Assembly (NCBI RefSeq): GCF_000014785.1
Contig: NC_008340.1
Span: 390,001-422,000 of the forward strand
Direction of reading: 5' to 3'
Length of the DNA: 32,000 nucleotides
Source: Alkalilimnicola ehrlichii MLHE-1
GTDB lineage: Bacteria; Pseudomonadota; Gammaproteobacteria; Nitrococcales; Halorhodospiraceae
Positions 9,462 through 19,525 of this stretch are shown here, one piece after another. The notes below the pieces were generated by a model that saw nothing but the letters and a program-made list of their open reading frames with translations, was not told the DNA's origin and did no database searches. Each line of letters begins with the position of its first letter. The stretch's first letter is position 1. The position numbers and the translations under genes are program-made.

Positions 9462-12400
9462 TTCCGCCGCCATCCACCGCAGCGGCCTGGGCTGGGTCCG
9501 CCACGAGCTCAGGGAGGCCCTGCGCCAGGCCGCCGATGCCCTGGAGTGCGCCAGCGAGGACCGGGAGGCGGTGGACGACCTGGAGGCCTCGCTCGAGGCG
9601 CTGCGCCACGTCCGTGGTGTGCTCGCCCTGCTCGGCCTGGAGGGCGGTCAACGGCTGGTCGAGGCGATGGAACAGTTGACCTCCCGGCTGCTGGACGAGG
9701 CGATCGCGGAACCGGCGCCGGCGCAGGAGGCGCTGATGGGGGCGCTGCTGCAACTGCCGGACTACCTGGAGCAGGTGCAGTCCGGGCGCCTGCGCGACCA
9801 CCCGGTGCACCTTCTGGGGCTGATCAACCGGCTGCGTCAGGCGGGTGGCGAGCCGCCTCTGTCGGCCAGCGCCTGGTTCCGCCCGGACCCGGCAGCGGAC
9901 GGCGGGGAGGACCAACGGGCCCATGAGGGCGAGCCCGGCGGCGAGCGCCTGGCCGCTGCGGCGCGGCGACTGCGCGCGCCCTACCAGCGGGCCCTGCTGG
10001 GCGTCCTGCGGGCCGAGCAACCGCAGGCGGACCTGGGGCGGTTGCGTGCCGTTCTCGATGAGCTGGACCGGGCCTGCACGGACGATCAACAGGGCGCGCT
10101 CTGGTGGATCGCCGGGGGGGTGGTGGAGGCCCTGGAGCAGGGCCTGCTGACCCTGGATCAGTCCCTGCGCCTGCTGCTCGGGCGGGTCGACCGCGAACTG
10201 CGCCGGGTGGCCGACACCGGGCAGGACGACCAGGGCGGCGAGGCCCGCGCCGGGCTCCTGCGCGAGCTGCTCTACCACATCGCCCGGGCCCGACCGGAGA
10301 CGGAACGGCTCCGGGCCATCGCGGAGCGGTACCGGCTGGAGGAACAGCTCCCGCCGGCGACCGAGGCCGGGCCACAGGGCCTCAACGGCGAGGTGATGGA
10401 GGCGGTGGCCGGCGTGCTGCGCGAGGAGATCGCCTCGGCGAAGGATGCCCTGGACCTTTTCGCGCGCTCAAATGGTGAGGACACCGAGCGGCTGGATTCC
10501 CTGCAGACCCTGCTGGAGCCGTTGGCCCATACCCTGGACACCCTGGGGCTGGAGCCCGCGGTCCGCGAGGTGCGGGAGCAGATGGCTACCGTTGACGCCA
10601 TCCGCGGCGGCGAGCGGCCGGCCGATGAGGGCAGCCTGGACCAGGTGGCGCGCGCCCTGCTCTACGTGGAGGCCGCGCTGCAGGGGCGGGTCGAGCACAT
10701 CACCGGGGCCGGCCCGGCGCGGGCCGCCACCCGTGTCCAGGCACCGGGGGAAGCGCCCGGAGAGACCGAACAGACCGTGTTCGAGGCCGAGTACCGCCAG
10801 GCGCTGGCGCAGGCGCTGGACGAGGCGCTGAACGGCTTCGAACGCATCGAGCAGGCGCTCACCCGCTACATCGATAACGCCGATCACGATGCCCTCAGGG
10901 AAGCGGGCGACAGCCTGGAGGAGGTCGGCGGGCTGTTGCGCGTGGTCGGGCTGGAACGGGCCGATGCGGCCCTGCGCCGGCTGGTGCAGGCGATCCGGGA
11001 CGGCCTGGCGCCTGCGGAGGCCGGCTTACTGGAACCGCTGGCGGAGGCCGTCACCGGACTGGAATACCACCTCCAGGGGATCGCCGAGGACCGGGCGGAC
11101 CGTGACGCCGCCCTGGCCGTGGCCGAGGCGGCGGCGGAGCGCCTGAGCGAGGCCGTGCCGGCGACCGGGGCGGTGGACGAAGCGGCCGCGGAGACCGGCG
11201 GCGAGCCGGTTGGGCCCCCGGATGCCGAGACCGCGGCGGACACCGCCCCGGCCCCAGAGGAAGAGGCGCCGGCGGCGGACATCCCGGTCACCGAGGAGCC
11301 CATCGAAGCGGAGCCGATTGGAGCGGAGCCCGCAGCAGAGGAGCCTGCAGCAGAGGCACCGGCAACGGAGGGGCCCGCGTCGGCGCCCCCGGCCGCCACG
11401 CGCCAGCAGGCCGGCACCCCGGACCCCCAGGTGCCGGCCCTGGCCGAGGATTCGGACCCGGAGATCGTTGAGATCTACCTGGAGGAAGTCGGCGACCTGG
11501 CCGGCCCCCTGCGCGAGTCCTTCCAGCGCTGGCACCGCAACCCCGACGATCACGACGCCCTGGTGGAGACCCGGCGCGCCTTCCACACCCTGAAGGGCAG
11601 CGGCCGGCTGGCGGGCGCCCTGCTCATGGGCGAGATGGCCTGGGCGGTGGAGAACCTCCTCAATCGGGTCACGGCCGGCAAGCTCACCCCCGGGCCGGAT
11701 CTCTTTGCCGTGGTGGCGGAGGCGCTCGATCACCTCCCCGGACTGGTGGCCCACCTCCGGGACGGGACAGCGCCGCCGGCCGGGGTGCGGCCGCTGATCC
11801 GGCGCGCCGCGGTGCTGGCCGATCCCGCTCTGGACGACTGGCTGCCCCCGGTGGCGGCCGAACCGGCGCCGGTGGTCCCGCCATCGGAGGAGGCGTTGGC
11901 CGAGAGCGGGTCGGAGGCGGAAGAGGAGGAGCCGGAGACGGCCGTGTCCGACGAGCCCCGCGAGCCCACGGAACCGACAGAAGCAGCGGCGCCCCAGGAA
12001 CAGGACGTGGATCCGGCGCTGCTCGAGATCTTCCATACCGAGAGCGAGACCCATCTGGCCACCGTCCGCGAGTTCGTCGGACGCTGCCATACCGAGGGGC
12101 AATGCGAGATCGGTCAGGGGTTGAACCGGGCCCTGCACACCCTGGTGGGGAGCGCGCGGACCGCCGGCATCGACGGTATGGCGCGCTTGGGCCGGGCGCT
12201 GGAGACCCTCGCCCGCCACCGGATGGAACTGCGGCAACCGCTGAGTCCGGCCGAGGTGGATGCCTTCAGCCGGGGCGTGGACCTGCTGCACCGCTACGTC
12301 GAGGGCGCCGGGGTGGCGAGCGCCGAGCAGCCGGACGACGAGGCCGATGAGCTGATCCGGGAGCTGGCGGACCTGGAGGCCGAGAGCGCGGCGGGATCGG

Positions 12401-14958
12401 CCATGGAACTCGACGACGAAGAGGCGGCCCGGCGCTGGACCGCCAGCGACGGCATGGATCCGGACCTGGTGGCGCTGTTCACCGAGGAGGCCGAGGACCT
12501 GCTCGGCTTTCTCGAGACCACCATTCACGACTGGGCCTCGGGCGCGGGCGGCGAAGGCGCCCTGCGGGAGGTCCACCGCTCACTGCACACCCTCAAAGGC
12601 GGTGCCCGGCTGGCCGGCTTCCGGGCCATTGGCGATCTCTGCCACGCCCTGGAGTCCAGGGCCGCCGAGGTGGCCGGGGCCCCCCAGAGCGCCGATGCGG
12701 CCTATTTCTCCCTGCTCAACGCCGGCCTGGATCGCCTGGCGGAGATGACCGAGGAGGTCAAGCAGGGCTACTGGCCGCAGGCGGACGAGGCCCTGCTGCG
12801 CCGGGTCCGTGGCGAGGGGCCGGCCTCGCCCCAGGCGGAGGCGCCCGAGACGGAAGCGCCCCAGGCGGAGGAGCCTGCGACGCAGCTACCCGAGCCGGAG
12901 GAACCCGAGGCCGAGACCGCCGGGCCGGCCCCTGTCGAAGCCCCGCAGCCTCCGGCCCCAGAGCCAACGGTGGAGACCGCGGAGCCCCCCCCGCCGGCAG
13001 AACCCCTCGCCGACGAGGCCCCGGTCTACGAGGCGGAGTCGACCCCGCCCGAACCGGAGGCCGCGGAGCGTGCCGGGGAACAGCCGCGCGTGGCGCACCA
13101 GGACGCGGTGCGGGTGCGCGCGGAGCTGCTGGATCAGCTGGTCTCCTACGCCGGCGAGGTCAGCATCGTTCGGGCCCGCCTGGAGCAGAACAGCGGCGCC
13201 CTGCGCTTCAACCTCAATGAACTGGACGAGACGGTCAACCGTCTGCGCCGGCAGTTGCGCGACCTGGAGATCGAGACCGAGGCGCAGATCCTCTACCGCT
13301 TCAACCGCGACCAGGAGGATGCCCGCCGGGCGGAATTCGACCCTCTGGAACTGGACCGTTTCTCCCACATCCAGGAGCTCTCCCGCGCGCTGGCGGAGAG
13401 CGTCTCTGATTTGAGCAACCTCGAGGAGATGCTCGGCTACCTGGCCCGCGAGTCCGAGTCCCTGCTCACCGACCAGGCCCGGCTCAACGCCCAGGTGCAG
13501 GATGGACTGATGCGCACCCGCATGGTGCCCTTCGCCAACCTGCTGCCGCGGTTGCGCCGGATCATGCGCCAGACCGCGCAGGAGCTGGGCCGAAAGGCCG
13601 AGCTGAAGCTGCTGGGCAGCCAGGGGGAGCTGGATCGCACCGTGCTCGAGCGGCTCACCCCGCCGCTGGAGCACATGCTGCGCAACGCCCTTTCCCACGG
13701 CATCGAGCCGCCGGAGGAGCGCCGGGCGGCGGGCAAGGCGGAGACCGGCACCGTCTCGCTGGATGTCTACCGCGAGGGGGCGGACATCGTGGTCACCGTC
13801 AGCGACGATGGCCGCGGCATCGACCCGGACGCCATCCGCGCCAAGGCCGAGGCCGCCGGTCTGGTGCGCCCGGACGATTCGCTCAGCCGAAAGCAGGCCC
13901 TGCGGCTGATTCTGGCCTCGGGCCTGTCCACCGCCGAGTCGCTGACCCAGGTGGCGGGGCGCGGTGTGGGGATGGATGTGGTGGACACCGCCATCCGTGA
14001 GCTGGGCGGTAACCTGGAGATCGAATCCGAGCCGGGCGCGGGCAGTACCTTCACCATCCGGCTGCCCTTCACCCTGGCGATCAACCACGCCCTGCTCTGC
14101 GAGGTGGGCGATCAGGTCTACGCCATCCCGCTGTCTAGCATCGAGGGGGTGGCGCGCATGGACCGGCAGGAGGCGCTGCAGCAGCTCGCCGATCCCGAGG
14201 GGGCCCGGTACGAGTTTGCCGGCCAGCGTTACGACCTGCGCAGCCTGCAGGTGCTGCTGGGGGGTGGCCGGGCGCAGTGGCCGGCCGGGGGGCGGCCGGT
14301 GCACCTGCTGCTGGTCAACGCCGGGCGCAGGCGCCTGGCGCTGCAGGTGGATGCCATCCGTGGCAACCAGGAGATCGTGGTCAAGTCGGTGGGGCCGCAG
14401 ATCAGTGCCGTGCCCGGGATCTACGGCGCCACGGTGATGGCAGACGGCCGCGTTATCCTCATTCTCGATGTCTCCGCGCTGGCCCGGATGGACGCCGAGC
14501 AGGCCGCCGTGCCGCACTGGCTGCCGGAGGCCGAGGCGGTGCCGGAGCGGGACACCGAGCGGCCGTTGGTCATGGTGGTGGACGACTCCATCACCATGCG
14601 CAAGGTCGCGACCCGCCTGCTGGAGCGCAACCACATGGACGTGGTCACCGCCCGCGATGGCATGGAGGCGCTGACCCGGCTGGAGCAGCAGGTGCCGGAC
14701 GTCATGCTGTTGGACATCGAGATGCCGCGCATGGACGGCTTCGAGCTGGCCACGCACATGCGCAATCAGCCGGAGTTCAGTGAGGTGCCGATTATCATGA
14801 TCACCTCCCGGGTCGGTGACAAACACCGCCGCCGCGCCGAGGACATCGGCGTCCAGCGCTACATGGGCAAGCCGTACCAGGAGAGCGAACTGCTCGCGGC
14901 CATCCGCGAACTGGTGGAGGGCCGTCGTCCGCAGGATGAGGAGGAGCGCCCGTCATGA
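9454..14958 (+). CDS. chpA: ChpA/PilL-like multi-HPt hybrid histidine kinase (1834 aa)
   Basis: Three canonical HPt motifs (FHTLKGSGRLAG ~11.58 kb, LHTLVGSARTAG ~12.13 kb, LHTLKGGARLAG ~12.58 kb), CheA catalytic motifs (LEHMLRNALSHGIEPPEER, VSDDGRGIDP, GRGVGMDVV), CheW domain, C-terminal REC (VMVVDDSITMRKV...MLLDIEMPRMDGFEL). Confidence 0.95.
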   Translation: MTDSAAIHRSGLGWVRHELREALRQAADALECASEDREAVDDLEASLEALRHVRGVLALLGLEGGQRLVEAMEQLTSRLLDEAIAEPAPAQEALMGALLQLPDYLEQVQSGRLRDHPVHLLGLINRLRQAGGEPPLSASAWFRPDPAADGGEDQRAHEGEPGGERLAAAARRLRAPYQRALLGVLRAEQPQADLGRLRAVLDELDRACTDDQQGALWWIAGGVVEALEQGLLTLDQSLRLLLGRVDRELRRVADTGQDDQGGEARAGLLRELLYHIARARPETERLRAIAERYRLEEQLPPATEAGPQGLNGEVMEAVAGVLREEIASAKDALDLFARSNGEDTERLDSLQTLLEPLAHTLDTLGLEPAVREVREQMATVDAIRGGERPADEGSLDQVARALLYVEAALQGRVEHITGAGPARAATRVQAPGEAPGETEQTVFEAEYRQALAQALDEALNGFERIEQALTRYIDNADHDALREAGDSLEEVGGLLRVVGLERADAALRRLVQAIRDGLAPAEAGLLEPLAEAVTGLEYHLQGIAEDRADRDAALAVAEAAAERLSEAVPATGAVDEAAAETGGEPVGPPDAETAADTAPAPEEEAPAADIPVTEEPIEAEPIGAEPAAEEPAAEAPATEGPASAPPAATRQQAGTPDPQVPALAEDSDPEIVEIYLEEVGDLAGPLRESFQRWHRNPDDHDALVETRRAFHTLKGSGRLAGALLMGEMAWAVENLLNRVTAGKLTPGPDLFAVVAEALDHLPGLVAHLRDGTAPPAGVRPLIRRAAVLADPALDDWLPPVAAEPAPVVPPSEEALAESGSEAEEEEPETAVSDEPREPTEPTEAAAPQEQDVDPALLEIFHTESETHLATVREFVGRCHTEGQCEIGQGLNRALHTLVGSARTAGIDGMARLGRALETLARHRMELRQPLSPAEVDAFSRGVDLLHRYVEGAGVASAEQPDDEADELIRELADLEAESAAGSAMELDDEEAARRWTASDGMDPDLVALFTEEAEDLLGFLETTIHDWASGAGGEGALREVHRSLHTLKGGARLAGFRAIGDLCHALESRAAEVAGAPQSADAAYFSLLNAGLDRLAEMTEEVKQGYWPQADEALLRRVRGEGPASPQAEAPETEAPQAEEPATQLPEPEEPEAETAGPAPVEAPQPPAPEPTVETAEPPPPAEPLADEAPVYEAESTPPEPEAAERAGEQPRVAHQDAVRVRAELLDQLVSYAGEVSIVRARLEQNSGALRFNLNELDETVNRLRRQLRDLEIETEAQILYRFNRDQEDARRAEFDPLELDRFSHIQELSRALAESVSDLSNLEEMLGYLARESESLLTDQARLNAQVQDGLMRTRMVPFANLLPRLRRIMRQTAQELGRKAELKLLGSQGELDRTVLERLTPPLEHMLRNALSHGIEPPEERRAAGKAETGTVSLDVYREGADIVVTVSDDGRGIDPDAIRAKAEAAGLVRPDDSLSRKQALRLILASGLSTAESLTQVAGRGVGMDVVDTAIRELGGNLEIESEPGAGSTFTIRLPFTLAINHALLCEVGDQVYAIPLSSIEGVARMDRQEALQQLADPEGARYEFAGQRYDLRSLQVLLGGGRAQWPAGGRPVHLLLVNAGRRRLALQVDAIRGNQEIVVKSVGPQISAVPGIYGATVMADGRVILILDVSALARMDAEQAAVPHWLPEAEAVPERDTERPLVMVVDDSITMRKVATRLLERNHMDVVTARDGMEALTRLEQQVPDVMLLDIEMPRMDGFELATHMRNQPEFSEVPIIMITSRVGDKHRRRAEDIGVQRYMGKPYQESELLAAIRELVEGRRPQDEEERPS

Positions 14959-15515
14959 GCGAGTCGAGCGGACCGGATCACCCCGGGGCGGCGGCGCCCA
15001 CCGGCCGCGAGGCGGCCGGGTCCGACCTGATCCCGGGTATGCGGGTGGATGCAGACCAGACCGAGCTGCTGCTGCCCGGGGCGGTGGTGGCCGAGGTGAT
15101 CGCCTGGGTGACACCGCTGGCCTACCCCCAGGAGGTGCCCGAGTGGTTGTTGGGGGCCTTCGACTGGCGGGCGATGCGACTGCCGCTGGTCGCGGTGCAA
15201 TGCTTGGCCGAGGGGGTGGCCGCCCCGGAACCGGGGCCGGCCAGCCGCATCGTCGTGGTCAAGGGGCTCAAGCACCACCGGGACCTGCCCTTCTACGGCA
15301 TCGCGGCCGAGGACATCCCGCAGCTGGTGGCGATCCGCCCCGGCAATGTGCGCGACCCGGAAGACGATGAACCGCGGGCGCAGGACCTGCCGGGCCGGCC
15401 GGTGATGGTGGGGGGCGCCCCCGGCCTGATTCCTGACCTGACCGCGGTGGAGGACCGGCTGATGGCGGTATTGCCGGCGGCGGGGGAGACCCCGATGGAC
15501 GGCGAAGCGGACTGA
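14955..15515 (+). CDS. ChpC-like CheW-domain protein
   Basis: ATGA overlap with chpA; CheW-like TELLLPGAVVAEVIAWVTPLAYPQEVPEWLLGAFDWRAMRLPLVAV. Confidence 0.82.
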   Translation: MSESSGPDHPGAAAPTGREAAGSDLIPGMRVDADQTELLLPGAVVAEVIAWVTPLAYPQEVPEWLLGAFDWRAMRLPLVAVQCLAEGVAAPEPGPASRIVVVKGLKHHRDLPFYGIAAEDIPQLVAIRPGNVRDPEDDEPRAQDLPGRPVMVGGAPGLIPDLTAVEDRLMAVLPAAGETPMDGEAD

Positions 15516-15544
15516 CCGCCAGCCGGTCGCGGCACCGGGCGCCG

Positions 15545-16287
15545 TCAGCCGGCCAGGTCGCCGTGGAGCAACTGCAGGGCCGCCAGGGCCGTGATGCCGG
15601 CGGTCTCGGTGCGCAGGATACGCGGGCCCAGACCGACGGGTTCGGCGCCGGCCTCGCAGGCCCGGGCCACCTCGGCGTCGGACAACCCCCCCTCCGGGCC
15701 GATCAGCAGCCAGGCCCGTCGTAATTCGGGGTGGGCGTCGGCAAGGGCCCGCAGGGAGCGCCCGCCCGGGGTCAGCACCAGCCCCTGACCCGCCTCCCCC
15801 CCGGCCAGTTCCGGCCAGACCTCGGCCAGGGGGCGGGGCGGTGCCACCTCCGGCACCCGGTTACGCCCGCACTGCTCGCAGGCGGCCACCGCCACCCGCT
15901 GCCAGTGCTGACGCCGCTTTTCCCGGCGCCGCGCCTCCAGCCGTACGACCCCATTGTCGGTGAAGACCGGCACGATGCGCCGCACCCCCAGCTCCACCGC
16001 CTTCTGCACGGTGAAGTCCATGCGCTCGCCGCGGGCCACGCCCTGGACCAGGGTGAGCGCCAGCGGTGATTCGCGCTCCACCGGGTGGTGACCGAGGAGG
16101 GCCAGGCGCGCCTCGCGCCGCTCCAGCGCCTCCAGCCGAGCCCGGTACTCGCCGCCGCGACCGTCGAAGAGCACCAGTTCGTCGCCGGGGCGCAGCCGGA
16201 AGGCCTTTAGGTGCTGGGTCGTCTCCGCCGGCAGGGTCAGTGTCGCACCCGCCGCCAGCGGGGTGTCCACGTGGATGCGTGCGCGGC

Positions 16288-16291
<4 letters not shown>
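15545..16291 (-). CDS. rsmE: 16S rRNA (uracil(1498)-N(3))-methyltransferase
   Basis: MSRARIHVDTPLAAGATLTLPAETTQHLKAFRLRPGDELVLFDGRGGEY...LIGPEGGLSDAEVARACEAGAEPVGLGPRILRTETAGITALAALQ. Confidence 0.95.
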
Positions 16292-17637
<1,346 letters not shown>

Positions 17638-17709
17638 GGGTATCGTTTTGGGGTTGGCGTGGGTGTGAGTGTGAGATTGTTGTGTCGGGGCTTCGTGGGG
17701 GTGTGGGTC

Positions 17710-17814
17710 GGGGGAGCGGGGGCTTCCGTTACGGATACGCTGCAAGTACGTCCCTGTAGCTCGTAGGCGGCATCCCTGCCGCCTACGATCCGTAACGGAA
17801 GCCCCCGCTCCCCC
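17710..17814 (+). repeat. Nested-palindrome intergenic element, copy A
   Basis: 27-bp perfect inverted arms 17710-17736 / 17788-17814 (GGGGGAGCGGGGGCTTCCGTTACGGAT), 25-nt asymmetric segment 17737-17761, inner perfect 11-bp hairpin CGTAGGCGGCA-TCCC-TGCCGCCTACG (17762-17787). Core shared with copies B and C. Confidence 0.9.
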
Positions 17815-17987
17815 TGTCATCCGTTTGGGGCCGGGGTGTCCCCGATGCCGTCTCCTTCGTTAGCCCTACTCCTCTCGGCGCTGGTGATGCGCACGCAGAC
17901 ACGCCGGTGCCCCCAGCTATCTGTTCGCCGCCTTGCATTGGGAGGGGGACACTCAAAGGAATGACACCGGCGCCAATCATGTGTCGT

Positions 17988-18106
17988 GGTCTTCTCCGGG
18001 GCGGGGATAACGGTCGCGGACCGTAAGCGGCAGGGATGCCGCTTACGAGCTACAGGGACGTACTTGCTGCGTGTCCGCGACCGTTATCCCCGCCCCGGAG
18101 AAGACC
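17988..18106 (-). repeat. Nested-palindrome intergenic element, copy B (inverted relative to A)
   Basis: 34-bp perfect arms 17988-18021 / 18073-18106 (GGTCTTCTCCGGGGCGGGGATAACGGTCGCGGAC); inner 11-bp hairpin 18022-18047; reverse complement of 18022-18072 matches copy A 17737-17787 at 48/51 positions. Confidence 0.9.
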
Positions 18107-18186
18107 CCCCTCCGAAGCCCCCGAGAGCCCCAAAGGCCCGAAGGCCCGAAGCCGGCACATGCTCCGAAACCTACCGGGCCCGACAC

Positions 18187-19521
18187 TCAACCAACCAGGG
18201 ACTTGACGAAAACCCGCGACGCCCGATTCTGATCGTAGGCCCTGCGCCGGGCCTCGGGCAGGTCCTCCGGCGCGGCCGGCTGGAACCCCCGCTCCTGGAA
18301 CCAGTGCGCCGTCCGGGTCGTCAGCACGTAAAGCCGGTCCAGCCCTTCCGCCCGGGCGTCGGCCTCCACCTGGGCCAGCAGGGCGTCGCCCCGGCCACCG
18401 CCCCGGTAATCGGGATGCACCGCGAAGCCCGCCAGCTCGCCCGTGGTCGAGCCCGGGATCGGGTAGAGCGCCGAGCAGGCGATAATGCTGCCATCGCGCT
18501 CCACCACAATGAAGTGGTCGATATCCGTCTCCAGCAGATCCCGCGGCCGGCTCACCAGCGTGCCATCCCGCTCCAGCGGCTCCAGCAGGGCCACAATCCC
18601 CGGCACATCCTCCGGCGTGGCGCGGCGCTGGGTCTCAAACCGCTCCGGCGTCACCAGCGTCCCCACCCCGTCGCGGGTAAACAACTCCAACAGCAGGGCC
18701 CCGTCTCGGTGCCGGTCCAGCAGGTGCACCCGATGCACCCCGGAACTGCACGCCCGCAGCGCGCGCTCCAGCAGGCGGCCGGTCTCCTTCGTCAGGCAGC
18801 GCGGCGGCGCGTTCAGCAGGGCCCGGACCTGGCTCAGCGTCATCTCGCCCACCCGCTGGCCCCGGTCATCGCAGACCGACTCGCCCTCCTGCAGAAAGAT
18901 CAGCTTGTCGGCCCGCAACGCCCGCGCCGCCTCCAGCGCCACCTCATCGCCGGCCAGGTTGAACACCTCGCCCGTGCGCGAACAGCCCAGCGGCGAGAGC
19001 AGCACCATATCGCCATCGTCCAGGCGGGCGCGGATGCCCTCGGCATCCACCCGGCGCACCTCACCGGTGTGCTGGTAGTCCACCCCGTCGCGCACCCCCA
19101 GGGGCCGGGCCGTCACCAGATTGCCGGAGGCCAGTCGCAGGCGCGCGCCGGCCATCGGCGAATTGGCCAGGCCCATGGTGAACAGCGCCTCGATCTCCAG
19201 GCGCACCGCGCCCACCGCCTCCTTCACGCAGGCCAGGGCCGCATCGTCGGTGATCCGCAGGCCGTTGACATAGCGCAGCTCGGCGCCGCGCTCGCGCAGG
19301 CGCGCCTCCACCTGCGGCCGGGCCCCGGGCACCAGCACCAGGCGCACACCCAGGCTGGAGAGCAGCGCCAGGTCGTGGATGATGTCGGGGAAGTCGCCGT
19401 CCTGCAGCGCCGCGCCGGAGAAGGCCACCACAAAGGTGCGCCCCCGGTGGGCGTTGATATAGGGCGCGCTGTTGCGGAACCAGCGCACGTAGAGTTCCGG
19501 GTCCAGATCGCTGGTCTTCAT
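18187..19521 (-). CDS. argA: N-acetylglutamate synthase (amino-acid kinase + GNAT)
   Basis: LYVRWFRNSAPYINAHRGRTFVVAFSGAALQDG...SGVHRVHLLDRHRDGALLLELFTRDGVGT... and GNAT motif AGFAVHPDYRGGGRGDALL. Confidence 0.95.
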   Translation of the reverse strand: MKTSDLDPELYVRWFRNSAPYINAHRGRTFVVAFSGAALQDGDFPDIIHDLALLSSLGVRLVLVPGARPQVEARLRERGAELRYVNGLRITDDAALACVKEAVGAVRLEIEALFTMGLANSPMAGARLRLASGNLVTARPLGVRDGVDYQHTGEVRRVDAEGIRARLDDGDMVLLSPLGCSRTGEVFNLAGDEVALEAARALRADKLIFLQEGESVCDDRGQRVGEMTLSQVRALLNAPPRCLTKETGRLLERALRACSSGVHRVHLLDRHRDGALLLELFTRDGVGTLVTPERFETQRRATPEDVPGIVALLEPLERDGTLVSRPRDLLETDIDHFIVVERDGSIIACSALYPIPGSTTGELAGFAVHPDYRGGGRGDALLAQVEADARAEGLDRLYVLTTRTAHWFQERGFQPAAPEDLPEARRRAYDQNRASRVFVKSLVG

Positions 19522-19525
19522 CGGG

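Noticed and set aside
7127-9473. Long minus-strand ORFs 7127..8965 and 8061..9473
   Set aside because: Antisense to pilI/pilJ; low-complexity composition and no recognisable domain.
12886-14826. 646-aa minus-strand ORF (and similar 516-aa ORF 11026..12576)
   Set aside because: Antisense to the well-supported chpA frame; Gly/Gln/His/Arg-rich composition typical of GC-rich shadow frames.
17638-17820. N-terminal extension of BioA (MTGGAGASVTDRRRQGCRLRATGTYL...)
   Set aside because: Encoded by palindromic element A and flanking intergenic DNA; the BioA family start fits ATG at 17637.
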